From Actinopolymorphaceae bacterium (lineage in GTDB: Bacteria; Actinomycetota; Actinomycetes; Propionibacteriales; Actinopolymorphaceae), in NCBI GenBank assembly GCA_050700915.1, contig JBOHED010000647.1, positions 1-37,478 on the forward strand: DNA of 37,478 nucleotides, given 5' to 3'. A program made the translations under genes and the position numbers. The notes under the pieces were generated by a model that saw nothing but the letters and a program-made list of their open reading frames with translations, was not told where the DNA came from and searched no databases. Shown here in pieces: positions 34,882 to 37,478 of this stretch. Position 1 is the stretch's first letter. The number at the start of each line of letters is the position of its first letter.

Positions 34882-36696
34882 CTACTCCCGCTCGTCCGCG
34901 GTCTTGCGCCGGCGTACGACGACGAACCCTGCGGCCGCGGCGATCAGCACGACCACGGCGCCGCCACCGACGAAGAGCGCGACGCTCGGCCCGCCAGCGT
35001 CCTCGGCCTCGATCGGCCTGGCCGACATGTACGCCCAGTTGCCCTGCTGCCCGGAGATCATGCCCCGCGTGGACGGCTGCTTGATGAACCCGGTCCAGCG
35101 ATCGCTGCGGTAGGCCTCGAGGGTGTCGGCGTAGCGGAGGGTGATGACGGGTGCGTCGGTGTAGAGGATCCGCTGCATCTCCTTGACGATCTCGGCCCGC
35201 TTGGCGATGTCGCTCTCGGCCTTCTGCTTCTCGTGCAGCCTGTCGTAGGCCGGGTTGCAGTAGAACGTGTCGGTGTCGCGCTGCGTCCCGCTCGTGTCGT
35301 CGGGGAGTACGCCGCACGTGTGCAGGCTGAGGATCGACGTCGGATCGGGTCCGACGCCCCAGCCGGAGAAGATGATGTCGTACCGGCCGAGGTAGAGGTT
35401 GTCGTTGAGCTTGGTGAAGTCGGCGGCCTCGATCGTCGTGTCGATCCCGATCTTCTTCCACCACCCCTTGAGGAACTCCGAGTCGGTCGCCTCGGACGGG
35501 GTGTCGGAGTGGTTGAGCAGGCGGAACTTCAGCGGCTCGTCCGAGCCCGGCATGCGTCTGATTCCGTCGGGTCCGCGCTCGTATCCCGCCTCGTCGAGGA
35601 TCTTGTTGGCCTTGTCGAGGTCGAACGTCACCTTGTCGTCGGCGCTCGCCTCGTAGTGGTAGGTGTCGAAGACCGGTGGGATGTAGCTGATGCCGGGCTC
35701 GCCCATTCCGTCATTGACCTTGGCGATCAGCTCGTCCTTGTTGGTGGCGTAGTGGATTGCTTGCCGGACTGCCCTGTCCTGCAAGGCGGGGTGGCCGTCA
35801 CCGAACTCCTTGCCATCTTTCGTACGCGCCCCCATGTTGAACGTGATCGCCCCGAACCGGCGGTTGGCCGCCCGGTTGAGCGTGATGTTCGGCTCGTCTT
35901 TGAGCGCTTTGTACGCGGCTGGGGTCAGCCCGCTCACCACGTCGACCTCGCCGGCGATGAGCGCCTGGACACTCGCGTCCGGTGTCTTGTAGTAGCGGAA
36001 GACCAGCTCGTCGTAGGCCGGCGCTCCGGCCCAATAGTCCTGGTTGGCCTTCAGCCGGATGAACTGGTCGGTCTTGAACTCCACGACCTGGAAGGGTCCC
36101 GAACCGACCAGCGGGTAGTCGAAGTTCTTGAAGTCGCCGACCTTGCCCTCGTGCTTCTCCCAGATGTGCCTCGGCACGATGGCGTTGTCCAGGGCCAGCA
36201 TCTGGTTCGTGGGGCGCTTGAGCTTGATGACCAGCGTCGTGTTGTCGGGGGCGTCGACGCTCGAAAAGTTCTCCACCAGGTCCGACGACGAGGCGCGAGC
36301 GTCCTCGTCGGTCATCATCAGGTTGTAGGTGAACTCCGCGTCGCGCGCGGTCAGCTGGGTTCCGTCGGAGAACCTCACACCCTCGCGGATCGTGAACGTC
36401 CACGTCAGGTGGTCCTTCGACTCCTCCCACTTCGTCGCGAGACCCGGGACCGGCTTGAAGTCCGCCGCACTCCAGTCGATCAGCGAGTCGTAGCTCAGCC
36501 CGGAGACCGTGTAGCCGATCGCGAAGAACGACATGAACGGGTTGAAGGTGTCGACCGACTGCGACGCCGCGACGACCAGCTGGGTGGGCTCCTCCTCGTC
36601 GGCACGTGCACTGGACGGAAGGACGAGTGTCGCGACGCACGCGAACACCGCAAGCAAGGCGGCCGCGTGACGCCATCGAACCGTCGCGATGCGCAT
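34882..36696 (-). CDS. Peptide ABC transporter substrate-binding protein (family 5) with C-terminal membrane anchor
   Basis: GAGGAG RBS, signal peptide ending ARA, PGLA..W, F.IREGVRFSDG, GSGPF, VRQAI, C-terminal TM plus RRRK. Confidence 0.93.
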   Translation of the reverse strand: MRIATVRWRHAAALLAVFACVATLVLPSSARADEEEPTQLVVAASQSVDTFNPFMSFFAIGYTVSGLSYDSLIDWSAADFKPVPGLATKWEESKDHLTWTFTIREGVRFSDGTQLTARDAEFTYNLMMTDEDARASSSDLVENFSSVDAPDNTTLVIKLKRPTNQMLALDNAIVPRHIWEKHEGKVGDFKNFDYPLVGSGPFQVVEFKTDQFIRLKANQDYWAGAPAYDELVFRYYKTPDASVQALIAGEVDVVSGLTPAAYKALKDEPNITLNRAANRRFGAITFNMGARTKDGKEFGDGHPALQDRAVRQAIHYATNKDELIAKVNDGMGEPGISYIPPVFDTYHYEASADDKVTFDLDKANKILDEAGYERGPDGIRRMPGSDEPLKFRLLNHSDTPSEATDSEFLKGWWKKIGIDTTIEAADFTKLNDNLYLGRYDIIFSGWGVGPDPTSILSLHTCGVLPDDTSGTQRDTDTFYCNPAYDRLHEKQKAESDIAKRAEIVKEMQRILYTDAPVITLRYADTLEAYRSDRWTGFIKQPSTRGMISGQQGNWAYMSARPIEAEDAGGPSVALFVGGGAVVVLIAAAAGFVVVRRRKTADERE

Positions 36697-36961
36697 CAGA
36701 CACTCCTCGGACTTGCGCTCGGGCCGAGCGCTCCGGTCGAGCGCTCGTATCAGGGGCTCCAGGCGGGGCGCTCGCGGAGGGAGAAACTTTCTACCGCTGA
36801 TCACGCCTGGGTGGTAAGTGGTCGCGATGCTGCCGTGGCCACAGCGTCGCGGTCAAGTGATTGCGGGTCACGACCCGGTTGAGCTTGCGCTTGCGCGCCA
36901 TCGCCAGCTGGCGAGGAGTTCTCCGTGCGGCAGCCGCGGCTCGGGTGAGGGTGCCACTGCG

Positions 36962-37478
36962 CTACCTCTCACGGCCGGAGGGTGCGCTGCTCTGTCGTAC
37001 GACCAAGGTGGTGGCCAACTCCATCCGGGTCGGCTCCGATGCCCCGACCGCGATCTGCCGGACGAGCATGCGCATCGCGGCCGCAGCCATCGCGGCCAGT
37101 GGTTGCCGGACGGTGGTCAGAGGCGGGTCCAGCCATTGCGCGATCGGGATGTCGTCGAAGCCGACGACGCTGAGGTCGTCGGGAATCCGCAGCCCGCGGG
37201 CATGTGCGGCCTGGTACGCCCCGATCGCCTGCTCGTCGTTGCCGGTGACGATGGCGGTGGGTGGGTGTGAGTGGTTGAGGAGCCTGCCGGCGGCCGCCTG
37301 TCCGTCCTCCCGGGTGAAGAGCGCGTGCGTCACAAGGGCTGGGTCGACGGAGTGTCCGACCGCCTCGGTCGCGTACCGGAACCCGGCCAGCCGGGCACGC
37401 GCCGAATCCAGTACGGGCGGTCCGGCGATCGCTCCGATCCGGCGGTGACCCAGCTCGAGCAGGTGCTGTGTGGCGTCA
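36962..37478 (-). CDS. LacI-family transcriptional regulator (5' part outside the window)
   Basis: HLLELGHRRIG, PTAI...ND..AIG, GLRIPDDLSVVGFDD, PPLTTVRQP, LVVRQS. Confidence 0.93.
   Translation of the reverse strand, partial: DATQHLLELGHRRIGAIAGPPVLDSARARLAGFRYATEAVGHSVDPALVTHALFTREDGQAAAGRLLNHSHPPTAIVTGNDEQAIGAYQAAHARGLRIPDDLSVVGFDDIPIAQWLDPPLTTVRQPLAAMAAAAMRMLVRQIAVGASEPTRMELATTLVVRQSSAPSGRER

Overview
High-GC actinomycete chromosomal window. It carries the conserved tRNA-Arg(TCT) / ssb(B) / ettA / thioesterase / alpha-glucosidase / truncated-globin neighbourhood and two mobile elements. (1) At the left edge, a frameshifted tyrosine integrase with a C-terminal GntR-type HTH sits beside tRNA-Arg(TCT). 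(2) The main discovery is a 10,967-bp element inserted inside the ssb paralogue at a GTCAC core (3423-3427 / 14390-14394). Precise excision would restore a 220-aa SSB, and the reconstructed attP is symmetric about a central GT. The element encodes an intact large serine recombinase, a P-loop replication-type ATPase followed by a 44-bp inverted-repeat origin candidate, an HTH-fused P27-like terminase small subunit preceded by a cos-like hairpin, an XRE regulator flanked by palindromic operators, and a coupled pair of nuclease-like genes (Zn finger-GntR-XRE-GIY-YIG fusion plus a PD-(D/E)XK protein). No capsid, portal, tail or conjugation genes are recognisable, so it looks like a PICI-like phage satellite that could also act as an on/off switch for ssbB. 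The rest is mostly housekeeping/metabolic: larA-like, MarR/YceI, GNAT, DUF1707, Gfo/Idh/MocA, GH95, a secreted beta-helix protein with a decayed inverted paralogue, a PhaC-like hydrolase, GH13, globin, a peptide ABC operon (one amber nonsense codon, one MIRU-like translationally coupled mini-ORF) and a partial LacI regulator. All family calls come from motif recognition by eye; no database searches were run.
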